The notes under the pieces are model-generated. The model searched no databases, was not told the DNA's origin, and saw only the letters and a list, made by a program, of their open reading frames with translations. A stretch of 64,000 nucleotides of DNA, from NCBI RefSeq assembly GCF_964213995.1, contig NC_135825.1:28086001-28150000 (forward strand), written 5' to 3'. Positions 1-11,405 of this stretch are shown here, piece by piece; position 1 is the stretch's first letter; every line of letters starts with the position of its first letter. A program made the position numbers and the translations under genes. The DNA is from Mustelus asterias. Its lineage: Eukaryota.

Positions 1-1679
1 TCCTTGTCCCAGATTTGGAACATTGTCAAACAGACAGAGAAAGTGACTAGTTGTTTAAAATTTGTCATTGAATTTTCAGTGGTTGTGTTTATTTGATATT
101 GACAGATAACAGTGACTCACCGTTAACTAATTGCCAGTCTTGTTTGTGGCAGACGTGAATTAGGTGTAATTGTCTTTATGGCTGCACTGTGAATTGGGAA
201 ACTGGAGACCGAGGAGTTTGTTGTGATTTGTCAGCCAAGGAAGAAATGTTCTGGCGCATTTTAGAAGGAGCTGATTTTTTCCTGCTGAAGAGTCAGAATG
301 ATCAGCTTTAGGTAAATAGGGCCTTGGTGTTAACAGTGATTGACACACACAACGAGTTGTAACATATTGGCCAAAGCAAGTGACTATTATGTAAGTTGGG
401 GATTAGCATCAGTGACTTGATAATGAAGTATAACACCATAATGTAACCTGCTTTCTTCATACTCTTAAAGTTTTAATTTTTAAAAATTTCTCTCTACAAA
501 CTGAACTCCACTTCCTTGCTTAGCTAATTAAATTATTTCTGATTCTTTTCTCATCTTCACTCCCACAATTTTGCAAACTGTACTTTATAATTTTTTGTTA
601 CTTCCATTTCATGGGGTATCCCCTGTCTAACACACACCTGGAGCTCTGGCAATGTAAAAAAACAATCTCTGGGTAATGCACAAGAGTGACGTAACTGAGT
701 ACGGGTACTGCTTCATTTTTGGCTTGTTTGGTATTTCTCTTATAATATTGAGAGAGAACCTTGGAGGCAACTTCCTGGTCTATCACTGGGCTTGGCTAGG
801 AGGACTGTTGTTTGCTCCTTGACATTTCTTGATGTTGGTGGTGCTCCTTGACTCAACAAGTGGAAAGCATGGGTTCTATGAGGTGGGGATTTGAGGTGGC
901 CATTTAAATTGATTTAATAACATACCTGTGAATATCTTTCTCAAAATCGTAAATTTCTTTGTAACTGAAAATCTCTAATCTATGGCATCAGGCATTATTT
1001 TCTGTTAATGGTCTAAGCGGTGATATTTGAAATAACTATCTGTCATTGGTAAAATTCCTGTATCAAAAAACGTATTGGCTGTAGAGGATTCTGGGCGGCA
1101 TTTTAGTTTTCTGATCTTTTGACAAGATTGCTTCCTTTTTTTTTTGTCATGTCATTCCTAGTCATCTGGGATTCTTATTAATTTCTGTTGACAGTTGCAT
1201 GGAATTGTCATTTATATCATGAAATTTAAAACTGACTTGTGTAAAGAGTTGGTAATCTTATTGGTGCCCAGTGTCAGAACTGAAGTGCATTTGAAGGGAG
1301 AACACATTCAACTCAATTCATTTCATTCTGGACTACGTTTTTTCAGAGCTGTAACTTACACATCTTATGTCTGTTGTTTCTCTGCACTGTGATTGACCTG
1401 TTACTGTTTATTTGAAGCTGTACTCTTATCGTATTCTGAAGCAAGGGTCATTGTCAGGAGAATAGTAGCATTTGTGCTGTCTCTTGACAATTGGGTTGAC
1501 TTGTAATTCTTTTCTACATTTTCAAAGACCTTGTATGTACACATCACTAAATACTATACACTTCATGAATGATATCACTTGGAATTTTTCCTCAGATCTG
1601 CAATATGAAGTGTAGATGATGCTTTTTAAATTCATTTTTTACACTTATATGGCATGTCTTTCTCTTTTGTTTCCTTTAG

Positions 1680-1736
1680 TATACAACAAGTTTATGGAGC
1701 TCAACATCCTCCATTTGATCCCCGGCTACACAAAAA
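1680..1736 (+). CDS. TBC1D22B: TBC1D22B internal coding exon (exon 2 equivalent, 57 nt)
   Basis: Polypyrimidine tract + tttAG acceptor (1678-79) and AA|GTAGGT donor. Reads IQQVYGAQHPPFDPRLHK, matching the recalled vertebrate TBC1D22 N-terminus (SIQPVYGAQHPPLDPRLTKN). Phase 2 end joins the next exon as AA+C=Asn. Confidence 0.93.
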
Positions 1737-4309
1737 GTAGGTTGGCAGTATAATTCGTTGTTCTGTTTTTTACTTTGAATCACCTTCTTCCTGTTAATGT
1801 GGCCATAGCTTTGTCAAGTGACAGAGGAATTGATTTATAGTAAATATGCATTGGACCTAGGATTGTGCTTTATTGTACAAGAATAGAAAAATACAAGGAT
1901 AACCTAATTGATTTGTTCTAAGCTCAAATCAGTGGGTCAGAAGCTCAACTGTAATTAATTAATGGTTCTTATTGTGAAGCCTACTTTGAGAGGTCAGACC
2001 AAATATTATTGATTAACAATTAAAACACAAGTATTTTGGCAATAGAACTTCTGCAGTACAAGATGTGTGTATTTCATGGTGTGATGGTGCTCATTATCAG
2101 TTTTGTTGCTGTTATATGCAGTTTGTGTTGAAGTGCCATTTTCAGCAGCATTGGAAATTTAAGATTGCTATTCGGTTCCTGTTCAGAGAACAATATATTT
2201 GAATTAGAAGTTGGTACCAGAAATGTTCACTGGATAGCAGATTTAAATGCTAGAATTTAACTTGCTTAAATCTGTCTCTTTGTTATATCTCTGTTGGTGG
2301 ATGGTATTGCTGCAGTGTGTTATTTAAATTAAAAATGGTATTGAATGAAATGTTGCAAGGCTTCCCTACACTTGCTCTCTAGCCCGAATGTTAAACTGGC
2401 AACATGAAGTAATCTATCTACAGCATCTATCTTGGCTGTAGTGTACAGAGCCAGAATGTATGAATGTGTTACTTTCTTTACTCAAGATCTACTTCTTTCA
2501 ACTCACTTTTTGAGATTTTTTTAATATACCGTGAAGATTTGTAAATTTTTGAGAAAAGTTTATGCATGCTACTTTGACATTTTCTGTGACTGTCACTCGT
2601 TTAAGTTCGGTGTGACTTATTTTCAATATGCAATTTTACCTGAAAATCATGACTAGTATGCATGCTTTAATATAGGTCTGCATTTTCCCAACCCCAAGGT
2701 GACAGGCTTGGAGAATGAGGAACATGGGGACAGAATAGCAGGGGACCATGATGGGAAAGCTCCTCAACATTCTTGGTGGGTTGGTAAGCAAGCAAAGTTA
2801 GCTGCTGGCTCCATGGGGGCGGGCAGCTAGTTTGCATAGTTAAGGCCCAATGTTGCAGCCACTCTGCCACCACATATGATTACAACCCTCTCAGTAGAGG
2901 TGGCTTCCATGTAACAGGCTGGGGACCGTTGGAGCCAGAGGTTCCAGGTTGCTAAGTGAGGTGGTTGCATTTTGAAAAGGCCATCATTGCAGCTGATAGC
3001 ACTCCAGCTGAGGGGTTCCCCTCCACCCTGCCTGATTTACCAGCCCAGATTCTGATTTATAATCCCTGCAATGCAATCCAGAGAGCCTGTGGTTCATGTC
3101 TTGTCTCAGCAGCGTCCACCTCTCCTGGTGGGGTTGCCGAAGCTTCTGAGCTTTTGGTCTCCTGGTTTGGCAGAATGGAGAGTCCATCTGCTGATGGTGA
3201 GCTCAAAGGTCCCCTCTGGGAAGACTACTTCGCTGATGTTGCTCCTGGCATGTGAGGGACCTCCGTTTGATCCTGACTTTGTGATCCAGAAGGCAGTGGC
3301 AAAATTTGTTGGACTTGATCTACAAGGGAGGCGAGGATTATGTGGGGGGTGAATAGGAAAATAGAGTTATGATTTTTTTGAATGGTGCAGTAGGCTCAAG
3401 GGGCCAAACAGCCTACTTCTGTTCCTATTTGTTTTGTTACTCTGTTCTCAAAATCCAGCCCATGTTGTCTAGAATTGTCATTTTGGCAATTTTGTGTTGA
3501 AGCAGTAATGTTATACAAGTTAAATCTTGGAATGTATAAGTGGAGAGGTTTGCCTAGTTTTTATTTAAACTAAATATAATAAATTCAGCACCACTGAATT
3601 TCAGAATGTTAATTAAGTGTTTTCATTGGTCAAATGCACTGCAGGACAATTTGGAGGAAAATAAATTAATGTTGTTTTTGGAAACTGGAAGGTTTGAAGA
3701 ATTTTTAGCAGGTTTGCAGCACCACAGAGAAGGAATTAAGATCAATATTGCACTTGACCTTTTTGATTCTCTGTGGGGAAAAGACTTCATTATTTTTTGG
3801 CCTATTGGAGTTTCAATGATTTGGGAACTGACTAGCATAATAATGTCCACACCTGCCTTCAAACTTGGCCTAATCTGATGAATGAAGAGGCTCCCTTTTG
3901 AAAGAAATTGGCTAATCTCAGCCTGAGTTTTTAATGGATATTCCACAACAGAAGCTGCCCCTAATTGAGTATTCATTGATACTAAATTGGCAACGTTAGT
4001 TAAAGAGGGGATAAGGATGTTATCTGTAGATGGGAGAAAGCCATCCAGATAAAGTAGAGTAATTTTCTGAAGTTGGAGATGAAGCACACTAATAATGTAG
4101 CCAGAAAATAGCTTTATATTGCAGCATTGCCAGTGAATGAAGTGAAACTAATCAGGTTGGAAAAACAGAGAAATAGCTTGTGTGGTTTCCTGAAACACAG
4201 TTGGATGTAACGGGTGCTGACACTGGACTCCGCCTGTTCATTTGGCCACCGGTGCCTTGGGAGCTTAAGGAACATTATTGACCAGAAAGTGACTTGCAAC
4301 TAACAGGGA

Positions 4310-4655
4310 AGATGGTGGCATGTAGGTAACGTAATCCAAAGGCCCAGGCGAATGCTCTGGGGACATGGGTTCACATCCCATCAAGACAGCTGGTGGAACT
4401 TAAATTCAACTCTAAATTCAAATATTCAACTATCATCAGTTGTCACCAGTCCCCCCTTGGGGAAGGAAATCTGCCATCCTTAACTGATTTGAGCTAAACG
4501 TGATTCCAGACCCACAGCAATGTAGTTGACTCTCAATTGCCCTCTGAAATGGCCTGAGCAAGCAAATCAGTTCCAGGGGTAATTAGGGATGGGTAGCAAA
4601 TGCCAATCTCCGCAGCAATGCCCTCACCCTGTGAAGGAATAAGGAAAAAAAAAGT
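4310..4655 (+). mobile_element. Old tRNA-derived SINE whose tail matches the Zenon-like CR1-group LINE
   Basis: B-box-like GGGTTCACATCCC. The 3' AATTAGGGATGGG..AAAT tail matches the LINE end at ~19040-19085; A-rich end. A more decayed copy is likely at ~60785-61050. Confidence 0.6.
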
Positions 4656-5460
4656 CAAATGTTGAAGTTCACACAGTGAATTTGAATAGAGTGATTCCAA
4701 TTTACCAAGGTATCCCACACTCTATTCTGGCAGAAGCAGGTTTTTTTTAAATTGGGCGCATGTTGTGTTGGATCCTCAGTCAGTATTGATCTTGGCTCCC
4801 CAAATGTGTTGTTGCCCATGACTGAGATTTGCCACTGAGTTTTCAAATTCAGTTTAGCAACAATCATGTTGTAGAAATTTGCACAAAGAGAACAAAGCAT
4901 TTATAATACTAAGTCTACTTTTTGAGTGCTACTGCTTTTCTAGCGTAGAGATTCTTATGATGCAATTGTTTCTGTAGTACCATGCAGTGATTCATACTCA
5001 AATTTGTTTGTTTATTATGCATGATGGATTTGGAGTAATGATGAGAACATCTAAATATCTGCATTCCAGTTGTGTGTCTGACTGCACACACTTCTGGCCA
5101 TGGACCTACTGCTGTGAGAGTATTTAAAAAGTATGGACCACCACACACACTTGGGGATTATTTACTCCCTTAAGTGCTCTGTTCGGTTGTTTTCTACGCA
5201 TGTTGACTCTAACGGCTTTACATCCATCAGCACAGACAGAATCTGATCTTTGCCTTATATGCACATCTATTCCTCAAATCTTTGCACACTAGATGTAACA
5301 GTGTTAGATTGGATTTTAAGCTGCTGTATTCCATAGTACATTTTCTGTTTATGTACTGTTATTATTTACAAACTATATCAATGACTAGGATGAAGGAACG
5401 GAGTAGATTGTAGCTAAATTCACCGACAATAGAAAGGTGGGTAGGAAAGCAGGTTGTGAG

Positions 5461-8400
5461 AACAAAAGAACAATACAGCACAGGAACAGGCCCTTCGGCC
5501 CTCCAAGCCCGCGCCGCTCCCCGGTCCAGGATTGAATCCTGAATCCAGGATCCCCGCCCAATTTTCCAGCCTATCTACATCCTAATATCCTATCCACCGA
5601 GCTGTCCCTCACAGCTACGATGCTTTGTTCATCACAACCTATTAACTCACCCCCACCCCCCCATTCCAGACCATGTGATCTCCAGGGAGAGGCGAAAACC
5701 CAGAGTGAAAACCCCAGGGCCAATATGGGGAAAAAAAAAAATCTGGGAAATTCCTCTCCGACCCCCTGTGGCGATCGAAACGAGTCCAGGAGATCACACT
5801 GGCCCTGATCAGAAAATGCTTCCCAACCCTATTCATTTCCACTTCTGCTTTACGAACACCATCTGAATTCCCTGCCCCCGAGACAGGTTCCCAACTATCC
5901 GCAGTCTCGCTCTGTACTGGCACCAGCAAGATGATCATAGAATGAAGCCTTGAAACGAGAAACAAAGAACAATTAGCCCGCGCCGCTCCCTGGTCCAAAC
6001 TAGACCACTCTTTTGTATCCCTCCATTCCCACTCCGTTCATATAGCTGTCTAGATAAGTCTTAAACGTTCCCAGTGTGTCCGCCTCCACCACCTTGCACG
6101 GCAACACATTCCAGGCCCCCACGACGCTCTGTGTAAAATATGTCCTTCTGATATCTGTGTTAAACCTCCCCCCCCCTTCACCTTGAACCTATGACCCCTC
6201 GTGAACGTCACCACCGACCCGGGGAAAAGCTTCCCACCGTTCACCCTATCTATGCCTTTCATAATTTTATACACCTCTATTAAGTCTCCCCTCATCCTCC
6301 GTCTTTCCAAGGAGAACAACCCCAGTTTCCCCAATCTCTCCTCATAACCAAGCCCCTCCATACCAGGCAACATCCTGGTAAACCTCCTCTGTACTCTCTC
6401 CAAAGCCTCCACGTCCTTCTGGTAGTGTGGCGACCAGAACTGGACGCAGTATTCCAAATGCGGCCGAACCAACGTTCTATACATCTGCAACATCAGACCC
6501 TAACTTTTATACTCTATGCCCCGTCCTATAAAGGCAAGCATGCCATATGCCTTCTTCACCACCTTCTCCACCTGTGACGTCACCTTCAAAGATCTGTGGA
6601 CGTGCACACCCAGGTCCCTCTGCGTCTCTACACCCTTTATGGTTCTGCCATTTATCGTGTAGCTCCTCCCTACATTATTCCCACCAAAATGCATCACTTC
6701 GCATTTATCAGGATTGAACTCCATCTGCCATTTCTTTGCCCAAATTTCCAGCCTATCTATATCCTTCTGTAGCCTCTGACAATGTTCCTCACTATCTGCA
6801 AGTCCTGCCAGTTTTGTGTCGTCCGCAAACTTACTGATCACCCCAGTTACTCCTTCTTCCAGATCATTTATATAAATCACAAACAGCAGAGGTCCCAATA
6901 CAGAGCCCTGCGGAACACCACTAGTCACAGGCCTCCAGCCGGAAAAAGACCCTTCCACTACCACCCTCTGTCTTCTATGACCAAGCCAGTTCTCCACCCA
7001 TCTATCCACCTCCCCCTTTATCCCATGAGATCCAACCTTTTTCACTAGCCTACCATGAGGGACTTTGTCAAACGCTTTACTAAAGTCCATATAGACAACA
7101 TCCACGGCCCTTCCTTCGTCAACCATTCTGGTCACTTCTTCAAAAAACACCACCAGGTTAGTGAGGCATGACCTCCCTCTCACAAAACCATGCTGACTAT
7201 CGTTAATGAGTTTATTCCTTTCTAAATGCGCATACATCCTATCTCTAAGAATCTTCTCCAACAACTTCCACACCACGGACGTCAAGCTCACCGGCCTATA
7301 ATTACCCGGGTTATCCTTCCTACCCTTCTTAAATAATGGGACCACATTAGCTATCCTCCAATCCTCTGGGACCTCACCTGCGTCCAGTGACGAGACAAAG
7401 ATTTGCGTCAGAGGCCCAACGATTTCACCTCTCGTCTCCCTGAGCAGCCTTGGATAGATTCCATCAGGCCCTGGGGACTTGTCAGTCTTTATATTCTCTA
7501 ACAAACCTAACACTTCCTCCTTTGTAATGGAGATTTTCTCCAACGGTTCAACACTCCCCTCCGAGACACTCCCAGTCAACACATCCCTCTCCTTTGTGAA
7601 TACTGACGCAAAGTATTCATTTAGGATCTCCCCTACTTCTTTGGGCTCCAAGCATAAGTCCCCACTTTTGTCCCTGAGAGGTCCGATTTTTTCCCTAACA
7701 ACCCTTTTGTTCCTAACGTATGAATAAAATGCCTTGGGATTCTCCTTAATCCTGTCTGCCAAGAACATTTCGTGACCCCTTTTTGCTCTTCTAATTCCCC
7801 GTTTGAGTACTTTCCTACTTTCTTTGTACTCCTCCAGAGCTCCCTCTGTTTTTAGCTGCTTGGACCTAACATACGCCTCTCTTTTCTTTTTGACCAGTCC
7901 CTCAATTTCCCTGGTTATCCACGGTTCTCTAATCCTACCCTTCCTATCCTTCTTTTTTACAGGCACATGCTTGTCCTGTAGCCCTAACAACTGTTCCTTA
8001 AAAGACTGCCACATACCAGATGTGGATTTACCCTCAAACAGCCTCTCCCAATCAAGAGCTGCCAATTTCTGCCTGATCCCACTAAAGTTAGCCTTCCCCC
8101 AATCCAACACCTTACCCTTGGGACACCACTCATCCTTTTCCATCACTATCCTAAAGCTAACAGAATTGTGGTCACTATTTGCCACATGTTCCCCTACCAA
8201 AACTTTGAAGACCTGACCGGGCTCATTCCCCAGTACCAGGTCCAGTATAGCCCCCTCTCTAGTCGGGCTGTCTACATATTGTTCCAACGAACCCTCCTGT
8301 ACACATTTTACAAATTCCTCCCCATCCAGAGTCCCTGCCGTCAGCGATTTCCAGTCTATACCAGGGAAATTGAAGTCTCCCACTACAACAACCCTATTTT

Positions 8401-8772
8401 TCCTGCACCTATCCAGTATCTCCTGACATATCCATTCTTCCACTTCCCTTGGGCTGTTGGGGGGCCTATAGTACACCCCCAACATAGTGACTGCGCCTTT
8501 CCTGTTTCTAAGCTCCACCCAGAGTGACTCGTTACACGACCCCTCTGAATTGTCCTCCCTCTGCACCGCTGTAATATGCTCTCCAACTAATACCGCTACT
8601 CCCCCACCTCTTTTGGCCCCTCCTCTGTCTCGCCTAAAACACTTGTACCCTGGAATATTCAGCTGCCAGTCCTGTCCCTCTTTCAACCAAGTCTCTGTCA
8701 CCGCAACCACATCCAAATTCCTCGTGCGCATTAAGGCCCCAAGTTCGTCTGTCTTACCTGCTACGGTAAGAG
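5461..8772 (-). mobile_element. Young 5'-truncated CR1-clade LINE (HER1-like): APE endonuclease + RT + extended 3' UTR
   Basis: ORF2 motifs VTETWL, GVYYRPP, GDFNFP, SDHN, PGPDG, DFSKAFDKV, GVPQGSVLGP, KFADDTK. Candidate TSD GTGAG (5456-60 / 8773-77). Terminal ATTGTTCT-type repeat and CR1 end hairpin at 5461-5505. Confidence 0.96.
6000..8764 (-). pseudogene. CR1 ORF2 (EN-RT), nearly intact but disabled
   Basis: ORFs 6500-8845 and 6050-6493 are in the same frame, separated by one TAG at 6500-02. A C9 run (6168-76) frameshifts KVKGG|RFNTDIRR...GMEGYKRVV*, whose stop is at 6000-02. Confidence 0.9.
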
Positions 8773-9155
8773 GTGAGGGGGACACAAAGTTTGCAAAGGG
8801 ATAGATAGGGTTAGTGAATGGACAAAAATTTGGCAGATGGAGCATAATGTGGGAAAATAGGTTATTCAGTTTAGAAGAGAAAAACAGAATTACTTAAATG
8901 GAAAGAGATTGAAAAATACTATAGTAGAGGTGGATCTGTATCTAATACATGAATCACAAAAAGTTAGCATGTAAGTACTTGGAAGGCTAATGGAATGTTT
9001 GCCTTATTGCAAGATGGATAGAGTATAAAAGTAGTGAAATATTGCTGCAGTTGCATTGGTAAGACCACATCTGGAGACCTGTGTATGGTTTTGATCTCTT
9101 TATTTAAAGGGGGGTATGCTTCAATTAAAAGCAGCGCAGAGATGATTCATTAGGC

Positions 9156-11405
9156 TAGTGGTCTCCAAATAGTCATTTGCGATTGACAGGTCAATCCTGG
9201 AGTCTCAAAGTCAATTGTCATTGGCAGCTGATCCATTGCTGAAAATGCGCAGGACTCTGACTTCTTGTGATGATGAATGAATCAGCTCATTGAATGCTGA
9301 ACTGCGCCAAAAATGTGTGGAATTTGGGGTTGTCATGATGATGTGCAAATCTGTTCATTGACTGCCAAATAATGCCAAAAATATGTGGAACTCGGGCTAC
9401 TTGTGATTGACGAGTGAATCAGCTCATTGACTGCTGAAATGCAGGTGCCAAAATGTAAACTAAGCTGGGTGAAGACAAAACGATGAGCGAGGAGCCATGG
9501 ACTTTCAAGAGAGCAAAAACCTACCATTTCCACCAGGAATGTCAAAGACAAGACCATTTGTCTCCATCGTCAACAGAGTGAAGCTTTGAGTAATTTGTGA
9601 TTCATGTATTAGATACAGATCCACCTCTACTATAGTATTTTTCAATCTCTTTCCATTTAAGTAATTCTGTTTTTCTCTTCTAAACTCTAATTTGGAACGG
9701 CATCACAAGACAATGCATGCAAAACTTCAAGAAAATTCCCCTTTAAACCTGGATAAAGAAAGTTGAGGAATTAAAGACAATGTTGCAAGCTAAACAATCA
9801 AACTTTTCAAAACCTGTGGCTAAAGGCAACGCTAACAAAAATACATCTTTTCACATTTAGCTATCAGCTGGCAAAATATAAGAAACTGTTCACCGATGGC
9901 GAAGTTATCAAGGAAGCTATGATGGTCGCTGCTGACACCTTGTTCAAATACTTTATAAACAAAGATGAAATTATGATAGCCATCAAGAGCATGTTGGTTG
10001 ATGCTTTAACAGCAGCCAGAAGGGTGAATTTGTTGCCTGAGGAGATATCTCAGCAAAAACACCAAGATTTAACAGGCTATGAATGTTTCTGACTGCGGTT
10101 TGATAAGTCAGTAGACATGGTGGATACAGCCCATTGTTTTTATTTGCGTGGCATCCAACTGTGTAAAAACAAAGGAGGACTTCCTCTTTTGCCACTCAGA
10201 GGTGACAAGAGGTGAGGATGTCTACAGCGAATTTAAAAGGTATGCGGCTGAGAATATTCTAATCAAGAAACTGATTTCGATTGCAAGTAATGGTGCACCG
10301 TCAATGCTGGGTATGAATGCAGGCTTTGTTGTACTTTGCAGAAATGATCCTGGATTCCCCTCTTTTGTCAGTTACCACTGTGCTGTCCACCAACAAGCGC
10401 TAGTGAAGCAAGGTTATTGACTTTTCTCATTTTATGACAGTTGATGTCGAAATCATCAACTCAATTCGTGCCAGAGCTCCGCAACATCACTTGTTCAAAT
10501 CGTTACTCGATAAATTTGATGCCACCCAATGTTGAGCTAATCCTGCATGGAAATGTGAGGTGGTTAAGTCGAGGACAAGTCCCCCAGAGATCTGATCCCT
10601 GAAATTGTCACCTTTCTTAAATCATGAAACGAGGTGTGCAGCAAGTTGTCAGATAATGCCTGGTTGCCTGACTTGACATTTCTTATGGACGTAAGCGCAA
10701 AATTGAATGAGCTGAACCAGACTTGTCTCACATGATCAGTGTAAATGTATTCAAGTTGAAACTAGGCCTGTGGTCCTCCCAGTGAAAGAACAAAATTACT
10801 GAGCACTTCTCAAATCTGGAGAAAATCCAGCAACAGGTCAAACAGAAGGGTTCCATCTAAACAAATTCTGTGACTACCTGAACAAATTGGAAAAGGAATT
10901 TAATAGACAATTTCGGGAGTTAAACAAGATGGAACAAACCATTGTTTGTCTCAATCTTTTCTTCGGGGGACATTGGAGAACTGAAGCATCTCCATGCAAA
11001 ATGACATAGTGCTGGAAGCTAGGTCAAGGAGCAAAGACTTTTGGGGACTTGCAAAGAGAGCGAAACACCCTCTTCTGATGGTGTGTGCTCAAGATGAAGG
11101 CCTACTTTGGTTCCACAGACCTCTGTGAGGTGGCTTTTTCCTGGATAATAATCAAGTCCAACTATTGCACTCTTCTCACAGATGCCCATCTGATGGACTG
11201 TATGGGACTGGGCATTGCAAGCTACGACCCAGCACACTCAGATGGTGTGCAAGCACAGGTGCCACAATAAGAATAGGCAAGCGTTATGCATAAATACATT
11301 TTGAGGTGGGGGGGAGTTGTTTAGTAAAACCAAATTTTTAAGAGTAGATCTCATGCTGCATTCTGATGCTAAAAGTGATGTGTTTAAAAAGGTTTGAGCC
11401 AACTG
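9156..11405 (+). mobile_element. Decayed hAT DNA transposon (Charlie/SPIN/GTF2IRD2-like, Buster family)
   Basis: TIRs TAGTGGTCTCCAAA / GGTTTGAGCCAACTG. Degenerate 8-bp TSD CATTAGGC (9148-55) / CACAAGGC (11406-13). Transposase relics FTDGEVIKEAM, SNGAPSMLG, YHCAVHQQAL, LHGNVRWLSRG, FGSTDLCEVAFS. Confidence 0.9.

Noticed and set aside
3623-4087. 154-aa minus-strand ORF
   Set aside because: No recognisable domain, non-ATG start, no splice support.
5770-5812. CGAAAC..GTC..CTGATCA as a plus-strand hammerhead
   Set aside because: CUGAUCA breaks the CUGANGA core and I could not build stems I-III; the module is reported only as an unclassified structure.
6782-8804. Plus-strand ORFs overlapping the LINE
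   Set aside because: Antisense shadows of CR1 ORF2.
8765-8845. N-terminal ~27 aa of the 781-aa ORF (MLHLPNFCPF...)
   Set aside because: It is junction filler plus antisense read-through of the old host CR1 beyond the TSD, not a real ORF2 start.
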